Source of the DNA: a virus
Taxonomy: Duplodnaviria; Caudoviricetes
Strand: one strand, 5' to 3'
IMG/VR virus record: IMGVR_UViG_3300020336_000012
Span: 1 to 48,792 of that record
Length of the DNA: 48,792 nt
Shown here: positions 27,229-36,539 of the stretch, piece after piece
Position numbering within the stretch: position 1 is the stretch's first letter
Layout: each line of letters opens with the position of its first letter
Notes under the pieces: generated by a model
Told to the model about the DNA's origin: nothing
Databases searched by the model: none
The model's input: the letters and a program-made list of their open reading frames with translations, nothing else
Position numbers and translations under genes: made by a program

Positions 27229-30200
27229 TATCTTCCAGCTATAATTCTACCGTCAGGGTCAATCAGAGGGGTTCCTATTGCCATGTATACGAATGTACTA
27301 GCTCCATTAACATAACTATTTGATGTTCTCATTTTAAACCCTCCAGTGTCTATATCACTAGAATACGTACTTATTTCTGCCGTAGTTAAATCTGGTTGTA
27401 ATTGAGCATTTTGTTGATTAAACGGTGATCTTGATGTATCACCTATTACCCACGGTCCAACGGCATCTATATCTTTTGTCATTTGAAAAACTGGCTGAAT
27501 AGGAATTCCTAAACTGTTAAGCGTTGGAACAAAAGTTCCATTAGCATTTGCATTTCCTTCGTATGATCCTATACTTATAAACTCGCTTTGTGCAAAACAA
27601 TAAGCAACGTAAGTTCCTCCAACAGTTCCGTTTGTCACAGCATTTGTACCTACAGAGAACGTGGTGGCAGTTGGATAAGCACCATTGAAAACTGTACTGT
27701 TAGAGACTAACGCACTATCATCAAATAAATACAACCACTTAGCTTCGTTTCCACTTCCAAAGTGCGAACTAATTATGTAACCACCACCACTCCCGCTGTA
27801 TTTAGAAACAATAACAAGAGCAGGGGCTACTCCTAATCCATGTTGGATTGTTGCTGGATGCGCCCCTAATCCAGTATAGGTTGTAATTGACATTCCTAGA
27901 TTTAAATCTTTTAACTGCGTAATCGCTGTTGTTGAACTATCGCTGATTTTAGTCATGCCATCCGAAATAACAGTTCCAGAACCTGTAGACTGCATCATAA
28001 AATTCCAGAGAACATAGCTTTCATTAGCAGTATTTAACTCTGCATTACTACCGATTTGTGCGCCACCAGCTAAAAATCGTTGGAGAGAAGTTGAGTCCTC
28101 TGTTCCTATAGTTCCAGCGTTAGTTATTAAAGAATAATATGGACCACGAACACGATCAAACAACTGCCAATTGTCCGTAGTTTCTCTGTTTTTTATCCAA
28201 CTAAAAGCAGATATAAACTGATCTGAGGATGACATATTGTCTTGGATAATAGCAAGATGACCCGTTGGTGCTGTACCTGTCCAATCACTAGCTAATGATC
28301 TAAGTAAATATGTTCCTGTTCCAGCACTCCAATAATGACAACAAGCTACATAATATGGGTGATTGACTGAAGATGGACCCGGTAAATCTATAATACCTTG
28401 AGAAGCACCATTCTTATAATATGTTAATGTATTATTGTCTAGATCAATAGCCATACCAATAACGTCATTTTGAGCATAACTAGCACCGTAAGTTAAAGCA
28501 GCATCTCCATTCATATATAAATTACCATTACCATAATAGGCAACGTCATTTGCTAGTGATCCTAAAAATTCAGTTGTAGTTGTTGATAGTCCTTTTGTTA
28601 ATCCAATTAAATAACTAGCTTCTGAGCTTTGTGGCACAACCTCGCAATACCATTTACCGCTGCTAATAGGTATACCAGCCTGTACTGGAGCGTATTCAGA
28701 TGATCCTGTTACAACAGTTCTGTTACCGTTTGAAAATGTTCCTCCAGAAAATTCACTATTACTTGGGTTCCAAACATTTGCATTTATAGTTGGTGAATCT
28801 GCTGTTTGAACTACAGTATTGTTATTTGTCCAATCATTATTAGTCTTTGTATTAGCAGTTCCTCCCATTCCTGAGTGACTACTGCAATAGTAATATAAAA
28901 CTGGTGCGCTAACTGCGACAACAATTTGCGTATAAGCCCCTGCTGATCCGGGTGTTCCTGATGTAGTAACACCAGTTGTATACTCAGAACCACCACCATG
29001 AGTGCCGTCAGAAGTAGTAGAGAATCTTAATGGGTGGCCAGCATTTGAACTATCTGATTGATCAAATTTGTACGTTGCACCTTCTATTAATTCTTCAGTG
29101 GCTTGGAGAACAGTATCAATATAATACTTATTACCACTTCCGGGGTTAGCTACTGTAATATCATAGCTGGTTGTTCCACTAGGAATGTAATCTTCCCCTA
29201 AATCACTTCCATTTGAATAATCTAAATAAAAACCATTGTTTCCAAATGTAAGACCTGATACATCTTTCGGAATCCATCTATTAGTACTAGTATCTGTTTG
29301 ACCAAAGTTAGAAGGTGCTAGAGCAGATCCATCAATAAAAACTGTTTCCGCTACATAGCCATCATAAGGCGCAGCAGAGGTTGCTCTATTTCCAATATAG
29401 TGAGTAATACCGCTTTCATTGATAGTATCATTAGTTGCAGTACCTGTTACTACCTGAACTCCATTGATATAACCTGTTGAGGTTGTTCCACTTTGAGTCC
29501 ACACAACATGAAACCACTGACTCGTGTCTTCTAACGTTCTTTTAAAGTCTATTCCAGTTACACCGTTTTGGAGTGTATATAAATCAGTACCACCGTTCCA
29601 AAGAAGTAAGTCTTTGTTATAAGTTCCACCAAATAAAACAACAACCCCTGCTGAAAGTGAATCACCTCTTTTTAACCATGTTGAAAAAGTCCATATATTT
29701 GCTGATGTAGGTGTAGAAAAAGTTCTTGTTAAAGATTCACTATTAGCATCATCGAACAAAGCACTCTTATCTATAGTAAATGAATTACCAAACGGCTGGA
29801 AAGCTCCAACTCTCTGCCCAGTACCATTACCTTCGTATAGTATTGTGTCAAAGTATTTAGTTGTATCAGACAGAGTACGACTTATATCAGATGCTATCTG
29901 AGTTGTATTTACTTTATTAAAATCTGTTGGTGGTGTATATTCAAAATCACTTTCACCATAATTGATTTCAAAAATATCACTAGCTGTATAAGTTCCAATC
30001 CACGGATACCAGAACTTATCAGTTGCTGTAAGTGTTACAGTTGGATTTGTTCCATTAGCTGGATCTCCAGAATTATACCAAGTATTGTCTTTTCCAAACC
30101 ATACTTTTTGTGTTGCAGAATCAAATGCTATCTGCATAAAAGAACCTGTAGCTACTGTATAAGAACTTCCAATATTATCATTTACACCTAAAGAGTTTGC

Positions 30201-31325
30201 TCTAAGATTTGTAGTTGTTCCAGTATTAAAAGTTGTACTAACTCCTTGATAATCTTGTTGACCCGGTAAGCAAAAGTTTCCATTTGGATCTACATTATCA
30301 TATCTTGGAAGATCCATTGGTGCTATGCCAATAGATGAATATCCGTTTGTTGTATACGTGCCTATAACTTTAATTTCCCAATAAAACTTTCCTCCTCCGT
30401 CACATGGAAGTGTGGCTAAAGTTCCTGAAGCAAAACTGCCAGCAGAATTTCCAGTTTGCTTTAGATTTCCTTTTGTTAAGGAAGATGGATATGAGTTAGT
30501 TAGTGTTAAAGGATTTTGATAAGGATATTGATTTGTTGGTGTATTAAAACTTTGCGTTAAATTAGCTGCTACAAAATCATTATCGTTTCCAGAAAAATCT
30601 TCGCCTAAATTTGATGCATTACTAAAATTAAGATACCATCCGTTATTACCGTAAGTTACGGTATCTGCTATCGTTGCTGGATCTTTAGGTGTCCAGTACA
30701 AACCAGTAGAATCATATTCTCCAAAATCTGTTACATCTAAGGCTGTGCCATCTACAAAGTAGATTTCAGCAAGTCGAGCATTAAGATCTCTATATAAATT
30801 GTAGTATGTACCATAAATTTGCTGGACACTTCCTTTTCCAACTGAAGTAATTGAATCTGCTCCCGGATCAACATCCTGAGTCCAAGCAGTTATTCTCTTA
30901 CCATTTATAAATACTTGAAGCCTATCACCTGCAACTGAAAGTGTAGAATCGAAAACAACAAATACATGATACCACGCACCTAGATCTCTATATTGTGCAG
31001 TGCTTTGTTTATATCCAGAGTACGATGATCCATTCGTATTCATAACATAAATTCCATCATTTGAAGTGTGAAATGAAATTTCGGAAGGATAACCTACTAC
31101 TGTAGCAGAAGAGTATATATAATCATTATATCCAGAATGTGTATAGTTTGTAAGTTGGTAATGATTGGCCCACAAAGAGTGTGTATATTTTTTACCATTA
31201 GTTTCAGTTGTAGATGGAGTGAAAGTCAGTGTTCCTGCTCCTTCAAACAATACAGAATTATCTATCGTTGCTAGACTATCACCGCCTTGAGCAGCTGCAC
31301 CCATTAATAAAGCATTATTAAACAT
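27228..31325 (-). CDS. large receptor-binding fibre (two LamG/ConA-like + two SPRY-like modules, cupredoxin-like insertion)
   Basis: duplicated modules: WYHV/WFHV, F.DG.AL....FG..D.....W.PK, G.NG.YL; GKFYWE/GKWYCE; repeated YEGNG-type motifs. Confidence 0.7.
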   Translation of the reverse strand: MFNNALLMGAAAQGGDSLATIDNSVLFEGAGTLTFTPSTTETNGKKYTHSLWANHYQLTNYTHSGYNDYIYSSATVVGYPSEISFHTSNDGIYVMNTNGSSYSGYKQSTAQYRDLGAWYHVFVVFDSTLSVAGDRLQVFINGKRITAWTQDVDPGADSITSVGKGSVQQIYGTYYNLYRDLNARLAEIYFVDGTALDVTDFGEYDSTGLYWTPKDPATIADTVTYGNNGWYLNFSNASNLGEDFSGNDNDFVAANLTQSFNTPTNQYPYQNPLTLTNSYPSSLTKGNLKQTGNSAGSFASGTLATLPCDGGGKFYWEIKVIGTYTTNGYSSIGIAPMDLPRYDNVDPNGNFCLPGQQDYQGVSTTFNTGTTTNLRANSLGVNDNIGSSYTVATGSFMQIAFDSATQKVWFGKDNTWYNSGDPANGTNPTVTLTATDKFWYPWIGTYTASDIFEINYGESDFEYTPPTDFNKVNTTQIASDISRTLSDTTKYFDTILYEGNGTGQRVGAFQPFGNSFTIDKSALFDDANSESLTRTFSTPTSANIWTFSTWLKRGDSLSAGVVVLFGGTYNKDLLLWNGGTDLYTLQNGVTGIDFKRTLEDTSQWFHVVWTQSGTTSTGYINGVQVVTGTATNDTINESGITHYIGNRATSAAPYDGYVAETVFIDGSALAPSNFGQTDTSTNRWIPKDVSGLTFGNNGFYLDYSNGSDLGEDYIPSGTTSYDITVANPGSGNKYYIDTVLQATEELIEGATYKFDQSDSSNAGHPLRFSTTSDGTHGGGSEYTTGVTTSGTPGSAGAYTQIVVAVSAPVLYYYCSSHSGMGGTANTKTNNDWTNNNTVVQTADSPTINANVWNPSNSEFSGGTFSNGNRTVVTGSSEYAPVQAGIPISSGKWYCEVVPQSSEASYLIGLTKGLSTTTTEFLGSLANDVAYYGNGNLYMNGDAALTYGASYAQNDVIGMAIDLDNNTLTYYKNGASQGIIDLPGPSSVNHPYYVACCHYWSAGTGTYLLRSLASDWTGTAPTGHLAIIQDNMSSSDQFISAFSWIKNRETTDNWQLFDRVRGPYYSLITNAGTIGTEDSTSLQRFLAGGAQIGSNAELNTANESYVLWNFMMQSTGSGTVISDGMTKISDSSTTAITQLKDLNLGMSITTYTGLGAHPATIQHGLGVAPALVIVSKYSGSGGGYIISSHFGSGNEAKWLYLFDDSALVSNSTVFNGAYPTATTFSVGTNAVTNGTVGGTYVAYCFAQSEFISIGSYEGNANANGTFVPTLNSLGIPIQPVFQMTKDIDAVGPWVIGDTSRSPFNQQNAQLQPDLTTAEISTYSSDIDTGGFKMRTSNSYVNGASTFVYMAIGTPLIDPDGRIIAGR

Positions 31326-31327
31326 TT

Positions 31328-32473
31328 TTAACTATATTCCTTAGATAATACCGATTGAACGGCAGTTGATGTTCTTACAATATAATCTAGTCTATCAACT
31401 GCTGCTGCGCTTGTCGATAGGGTTGGAGCCGTTGCTGCTGGAAACTCCCAATTAGTTCCGTAACTAAGTGTTCGACCTCCTGTCCCATCTTGAATAATAA
31501 ATATACTACCTACTTGTCCGGGAACACATTGAGTTGGATTATCTAATGTTCTATTACCAGCTAACGTTAAACTAAAATTCTGTCCATTACTAAAACTAAG
31601 AGATACATTGGCTGCATCTGTTAAACTTACAATATCAGCAATAGCATTTTTTGCTATATGTATTTGTCCTAATGGAGAAGCTACACCGATTCCAACAGAG
31701 GTATGAACATATAAACCACCACCAATACTCACATTACCGCTTATTTGAGCAGAAGTAAGAACAGCATATCCACCTGAAACATTCGTAGCAATTCCTGCTG
31801 AAACGCCTGTTAAGTTACCACCACCTCCATAGTATTGTGTAGCAGTTACATTTCCTGTAACAGTCATTGAAGAAACAGATACATGATCATTAAACGTTGC
31901 AGAAGTTCCAACAAGAGATCCACCGATACTTGTAATCCCCGTAACAGCTAAAGTACTAGAAGAGACATGATTACTAAAAGTAGCAGATGTTCCTACAAGA
32001 GAACCACCTATACTAGTTATTCCTGTTACAGCTAATGCACTAACAGAAACTTTGTCATCGAAGGTTGCAGAAGTTCCGACAAGTGAACCACCAACACTGA
32101 CTATACCACCTACAGTTAATGTTCCTGATATACTTACATTTGTAAAACTAGGACTTGCGCTAGTATGTACAACTTCAGAAGCTGGCAGTGTTACAAATAC
32201 ATCCTTAGTACCTGCACTAAAGTTAACAGCTGATCCTGTGCTAGAAGAAAGTAAAGTTGTCCTAGTAAGATTATTACTTGCTGAACCATATGTACCAATA
32301 CCAACTTCCCATTCATCTAAAGACTGATGAACAATGGCATAGTAAGTCGTATTAGTATTTCCAATAGCACTACTAAAATCTTGAAAGCCTCCAGCTTCTC
32401 CGTCTAGAGATACAGCACCTGTTCCTGTTGTAGTAGTTGTTTCTTTAACCCGATCTTTGAGAACGAAAGCCAT
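31328..32473 (-). CDS. tail fibre proximal protein with 28-aa internal repeats
   Basis: MA.VLKDRVKETTTTTGTG, WEVGIGTY, VNFSAGTKDVFVTLPA; three copies of GGSLVGTSATF..(K/H)VS.S. Confidence 0.65.
   Translation of the reverse strand: MAFVLKDRVKETTTTTGTGAVSLDGEAGGFQDFSSAIGNTNTTYYAIVHQSLDEWEVGIGTYGSASNNLTRTTLLSSSTGSAVNFSAGTKDVFVTLPASEVVHTSASPSFTNVSISGTLTVGGIVSVGGSLVGTSATFDDKVSVSALAVTGITSIGGSLVGTSATFSNHVSSSTLAVTGITSIGGSLVGTSATFNDHVSVSSMTVTGNVTATQYYGGGGNLTGVSAGIATNVSGGYAVLTSAQISGNVSIGGGLYVHTSVGIGVASPLGQIHIAKNAIADIVSLTDAANVSLSFSNGQNFSLTLAGNRTLDNPTQCVPGQVGSIFIIQDGTGGRTLSYGTNWEFPAATAPTLSTSAAAVDRLDYIVRTSTAVQSVLSKEYS
31870..32110. repeat. degenerate 84-bp coding repeat, three copies
   Basis: GGSLVGTSATF recurs every 28 aa; boundaries approximate. 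Confidence 0.7.
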
Positions 32474-32496
32474 GTTATATTACTGCCTTTCTTTTA

Positions 32497-32928
32497 TTAG
32501 TTTAATCGGATAACAGCACTAGCCGATGTTGCAGCTGGAACAACGAGTTTGAACTCACCGTTTGTTGCTGATTTTTCTCCACCAAAGTCATATACCGCTA
32601 TAACACTCTTACTGCTGTGACTGTCATTATAAATAATACATCCATTTGCAGAGAATGTTGCAGCAGCCCAACTTACATCAGCAAAGTCTACAACTCCTGA
32701 AGAGTCAACAGTGCTTACTGAAACAGTTGCAAGTGTCTTACCTCCCGTTGTATAACCATTACCGTTTGCTAACTGACCTGTAACGGATGCATATGTATTA
32801 GGCCCACCAGCAGAAACATTCTGAGAGGATGAAACTAATATAACTTTTAATGTATTACTTTGAAGATTATGCTCTGCTAACATAACCTCTGATTTAAATT
32901 GATTATTCACACCTGTCGTGATTGCCAT
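32497..32928 (-). CDS. virion structural protein
   Basis: MAIT.....FK.E, G.GYT.GG.TL, DF.D.SW..ATF.A.G..IYN, DFGG.K..T.G.F. Confidence 0.65.
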   Translation of the reverse strand: MAITTGVNNQFKSEVMLAEHNLQSNTLKVILVSSSQNVSAGGPNTYASVTGQLANGNGYTTGGKTLATVSVSTVDSSGVVDFADVSWAAATFSANGCIIYNDSHSSKSVIAVYDFGGEKSATNGEFKLVVPAATSASAVIRLN

Positions 32929-32946
32929 TTTATCGTCCTTTTACCT

Positions 32947-33228
32947 TTACGTAGTTCCTGATACAAATTGAGGGAAATAGTTTAGAATAGATGTTGATTG
33001 TGCTGGTGTCCATGTACTACTTACATACTCTAAAATCTTCTCTGGTCTTGCGTCTTTTAAAACATATTTTGCACCTATACGAGGTGATTTATTCTGAGGG
33101 TGATTTTCTAAATTATAATTTCCATCACTTTCATCAGGACCAACAACAAATCCTGTAGACTCCTTTACTCTTTGTTCGTAAGGATATCTAAATCCACTTT
33201 TATCACTTATAAAGTAAGCTCTTACCAT
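32947..33228 (-). CDS. conserved phage hypothetical protein
   Basis: ISDKSGFRYPY...V...E.D....HPQ...ARP. Confidence 0.6.
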   Translation of the reverse strand: MVRAYFISDKSGFRYPYEQRVKESTGFVVGPDESDGNYNLENHPQNKSPRIGAKYVLKDARPEKILEYVSSTWTPAQSTSILNYFPQFVSGTT

Positions 33229-33241
33229 ATCATTCTACTAC

Positions 33242-33913
33242 CTATACAAATCTTATAGAAGGCTTAATAAGCATTGCTGCTCGTTCTCTATCTTCTGCCA
33301 TAGCATTAGATAGTAATGTTTCGTATTCAATCTTTAAAGCTGCTACTCTTGTAGCTGGTATTCCCATTCTTTTAAAACCAAGATAATAAGCAAGACCCAT
33401 TGTTAAACAAGGTAAGTAACGATAGGGAACATCTGCTGTATCTGTTGAGTTTTCAAAATCAAAAAATCTTCTAATACTATGCATACGAACAGTGTCTGTA
33501 CTATTTTCAGGGGCTGGCCAAACTAGAAAGTTGACGTTATCTCTTCCCTTCATAGTCGCATACTGAAGACATCTTGCTTGTGTTGTTTTATCAGGAATCT
33601 TTAAATACTCTTCAGCAGTAATACGGCTCATTTGAATATCATTAGAGCCTCTTCGGGATACTGCTTCAGTAACAGCAGCAGTTGTACTAGGAAGAGTGTA
33701 AGTAGTTGTTCCTTGAACTAAAGCTAAATCTGTAAACTCAGTAGTCCATAGAAGGATACCACGATTCTGCCAATCACTTAATAAAAGATTTAAAGATCTT
33801 CTTGCAGTTATACCATCATTTCCAACAAAAGGAGGTCCACCTAAATGTTCGTAAGCTTCGGATATAATCTCATCAATATCTAAATTAAAATCTTGGCTTG
33901 TTGAAACTGTCAT
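33242..33913 (-). CDS. head-tail adaptor / head-completion protein (P22 gp4-like)
   Basis: F.LDIDEII.EAYE, ARRSLNLL..DW.NRG..LW, Y..IPDK, WPAP, DVPYR.LPC...GLAYYL. Confidence 0.7.
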   Translation of the reverse strand: MTVSTSQDFNLDIDEIISEAYEHLGGPPFVGNDGITARRSLNLLLSDWQNRGILLWTTEFTDLALVQGTTTYTLPSTTAAVTEAVSRRGSNDIQMSRITAEEYLKIPDKTTQARCLQYATMKGRDNVNFLVWPAPENSTDTVRMHSIRRFFDFENSTDTADVPYRYLPCLTMGLAYYLGFKRMGIPATRVAALKIEYETLLSNAMAEDRERAAMLIKPSIRFV

Positions 33914-33921
33914 ACTAAAGC

Positions 33922-34011
33922 CTATCTTTTAAATATTTTTTTACATAGTCCGTTAATGTATCTTGTTGTTTTGCAACATATACAATCGCACTCGCCCTTT
34001 TTTTTAACCAT
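33922..34011 (-). CDS. 29-aa Cys-rich basic peptide (not in ORF track)
   Basis: MVKKKGECDCICCKTTRYINGLCKKIFKR; AGGA upstream; fills the intergenic gap. Confidence 0.45.
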   Translation of the reverse strand: MVKKKGECDCICCKTTRYINGLCKKIFKR

Positions 34012-34014
34012 GTT

Positions 34015-34287
34015 CTATCCTAACAAGAATGTAGCAAATGCGCCAGTTGGTAAGGTAACATGTAACTTCTCACTTACACGTATTCCTAAATCTGGAACAT
34101 AAACATCTGATGCACTACTTACACCAAGATACTGCTTATAAACAATAGTACCTGATGCGCTTCCGTTACGTACTACCATGTCTCCTTTAGCTGCTGCTGT
34201 TCCCCAACTAACACCTCTAATACGTGTAGGGTAATCAGTTGCAGTAACGGTAGCAGATACAAAGACTGCATTAATAGCTGTAGTCAT
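34015..34287 (-). CDS. small beta-rich virion protein
   Basis: AAGGA RBS; first gene after the capsid terminator. Confidence 0.6.
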   Translation of the reverse strand: MTTAINAVFVSATVTATDYPTRIRGVSWGTAAAKGDMVVRNGSASGTIVYKQYLGVSSASDVYVPDLGIRVSEKLHVTLPTGAFATFLLG

Positions 34288-34325
34288 TTCATTAATTCCT
34301 TATGTGAATTATCTACTCTCTATAA

Positions 34326-34361
34326 TAAAAGAGGGATGCCGTTTTAACAAGCATCCCCCTC
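34326..34361 (-). terminator. rho-independent terminator after the major capsid gene
   Basis: minus strand GGGATGC-11 nt loop-GCATCCC then TCTTTTATTAT. Confidence 0.75.
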
Positions 34362-34380
34362 GTATTAACCAACTTAGTTA

Positions 34381-35331
34381 TTAACCAGCGTTGCCATAGA
34401 AACCACGCCAATCTGACCAACCAAAGCTATAACGCTCACGAGCTTTAAAGCGAAGGTTACCAGTATCGAAGTCTGGTTCCATTTTGGTTCCAAGAGGTGC
34501 GCGAACGAACATCTTAGTACCATTAGGCACATCTGATTTCACAAACCAAGCACCAGCTGCGGTAAACCTGTGATTAACAAAGTCACCTTGTGGCACAACA
34601 CCCATGCTTCGAACAGCATTAATGTCGTTTGTGTTTGTAACACCAGCAACGTTACCAGCTACACCTGCTAGATTGTTACCGTATACAACAGTTGTGGTTG
34701 AGAGTGTAGACTTTAAGATCTTCTGTGCTACAAACTGATTATCAGGGGCAATATGCAATGAAACAGGCATAGCTCCAATCAGAATACCCCGATCATCTTC
34801 TGCCTTTTGAATCTGTATAACAGCAGTTTCAAGAGAGGATTCAGATAGATCAGCAGCGGTCAAAAGATTACTTTGAACACCAGCTTGTACTGGATGAGCA
34901 GCAGAGAATAATACAACTCCGTCACCACCTAGTCCACTGGTAAAGCCATTGTTAAAGATAGCAGCAGCTTTAGTTTGCTTTGTAGCTGCCATTGAACGTG
35001 CAAGAGACTTTGCTCTAATCTTAGCAAAAGTATCATACAAGTTATCTTCCATAGCCTCTTCCGTAACAGCAAACGCCAACGCAATCGTTTGATGCGTATA
35101 GCGAGATGCCCAACTTTCGCTGGCACTTTCATAAGATACGGCAGAACCTTCTGCTTTAACTGGTGCTTCACCAAAAGCAGTCATTAAGACTTCTTCTTCA
35201 AAAGCACGATCAGAGTTCTCTATCTCAAAAAGAGGTTTTTGCTCTTCATCAATGGAACCATACTCAAGTCCAAAGATTGCGTTTAAGCCCGGAAGAAGCT
35301 GTTTGCCAATACTGGCGCGATTTATAGCCAT
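34381..35331 (-). CDS. major capsid protein
   Basis: MAINRA...KQLLPGLNA.FGLEY, SDRAFEEEV, AP.K.EG, EEA.EDNLY, GGDGV.LFS..HP, DFDTGN.RFKARERYSFG.SD.R; strong RBS and downstream terminator. Confidence 0.88.
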   Translation of the reverse strand: MAINRASIGKQLLPGLNAIFGLEYGSIDEEQKPLFEIENSDRAFEEEVLMTAFGEAPVKAEGSAVSYESASESWASRYTHQTIALAFAVTEEAMEDNLYDTFAKIRAKSLARSMAATKQTKAAAIFNNGFTSGLGGDGVVLFSAAHPVQAGVQSNLLTAADLSESSLETAVIQIQKAEDDRGILIGAMPVSLHIAPDNQFVAQKILKSTLSTTTVVYGNNLAGVAGNVAGVTNTNDINAVRSMGVVPQGDFVNHRFTAAGAWFVKSDVPNGTKMFVRAPLGTKMEPDFDTGNLRFKARERYSFGWSDWRGFYGNAG

Positions 35332-35347
35332 TTAATCAGTCCTTCCT

Positions 35348-35923
35348 TTAATTAGCTATTGAAGCAGCGTAGTCAAGATGATTAGAAATACGAACTAATA
35401 CACGAGTATTAGCTTGATTCCAATCATTACCCTCAACTTCCCACAAACCAACTATACGTAGTGGATTTGCAAGGGATGTACGAGAGGTAACTTGAACTGC
35501 CCATGCTGACTGACCAGTATAGGTATTTCCGTCAGAAACTTCAACAAAGAAGTTCTGAGTTTCTAGATCACCTATAGTAACAGTAGCATTACATTGCATT
35601 TGATAAATACCATCAGGATCATCCATAACATGTGCGTATGCTTTTCCATCGGCAGATGAAGTACCAGAAGGCCAGTAGTTTAGCCAAGTGGGTTGCTTCG
35701 ATGTAGGGTCTACAAACTGTGACCCTTGAAACACACCAATTGGTCGGTCTGCTGTAACTGATACAGGTTGGATGTAACCAGCACTAACTTTAACAAGATC
35801 GCCACGAAAGATGTTATCACCATAAGTATTCGCAATTTGATACTTATTGGTTCCCATCGTGTTATACGAACTGCCTCGTTTACGTACTGGAACAGCCCCA
35901 TTATATGCTTTTGCTAAAGCCAT
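35348..35923 (-). CDS. capsid-associated (decoration / minor head) protein
   Basis: IF.GDLV, GVFQG..FVDP, A.V.DDP...Y..Q, G...TGQS; immediately upstream of MCP. Confidence 0.6.
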   Translation of the reverse strand: MALAKAYNGAVPVRKRGSSYNTMGTNKYQIANTYGDNIFRGDLVKVSAGYIQPVSVTADRPIGVFQGSQFVDPTSKQPTWLNYWPSGTSSADGKAYAHVMDDPDGIYQMQCNATVTIGDLETQNFFVEVSDGNTYTGQSAWAVQVTSRTSLANPLRIVGLWEVEGNDWNQANTRVLVRISNHLDYAASIAN

Positions 35924-35956
35924 AATAGTAGTTCCTTTTCAGAAAAAAGTTAAAAA

Positions 35957-36514
35957 TTAAGCGTCAAACTTAGCTTGTTTTCCTGTTGACACTCGCTGTT
36001 TGCTTGAATCATAAATAGGCATTCTACGGTCAGGATGATCACCATGTAGTCTATTAGCTATGGCATCTTCCATTTGCTGTGTGCGCTTCATTTGTTGCGC
36101 TTGTATAGCTTCGTGGTATTCTATTCGTTGTTTAGCGAGGGCTACGTCACCTCGTAATATGCAACCACCTAGACTTCCTTCTTCCTTCACTTTAAATCCA
36201 GAAGATAACTCAGGACAGTCTTTAGCTAAAACAAATGTCCAACCCTCACGTTCTTTCTTTCCAATGTTTTGATGATCTTCTTGACCATCTAACATTATCC
36301 GTATCCACCTTAAAACAAATCCCTGATCAAGAAATTGATTCTTAATGCTTTCTGGAATCTGTAACCAATCGTTATCTTCAATCGCTGACATGATAGCTTC
36401 ATGAGATAAGTTTTCTCGTTCTTCCATCATTCTTGATATGTTACGATTAGTTGTTTCAACTTGTTGTGAGTTTTCATCTGTTTCGTTTGTTTCCGTATTT
36501 ACTTCTTCAACCAT
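35957..36514 (-). CDS. conserved head-module protein
   Basis: G...RWIR....G..D..N.....REGW..V motif between scaffold and capsid genes. Confidence 0.6.
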   Translation of the reverse strand: MVEEVNTETNETDENSQQVETTNRNISRMMEERENLSHEAIMSAIEDNDWLQIPESIKNQFLDQGFVLRWIRIMLDGQEDHQNIGKKEREGWTFVLAKDCPELSSGFKVKEEGSLGGCILRGDVALAKQRIEYHEAIQAQQMKRTQQMEDAIANRLHGDHPDRRMPIYDSSKQRVSTGKQAKFDA

Positions 36515-36539
36515 TTACTTTCTCCGCATTGTATATATG

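Noticed and set aside
27228-31325. Diversity-generating retroelement acting on the fibre
   Set aside because: No reverse transcriptase and no near-identical template/variable repeat pair seen; internal duplications are old and protein-level
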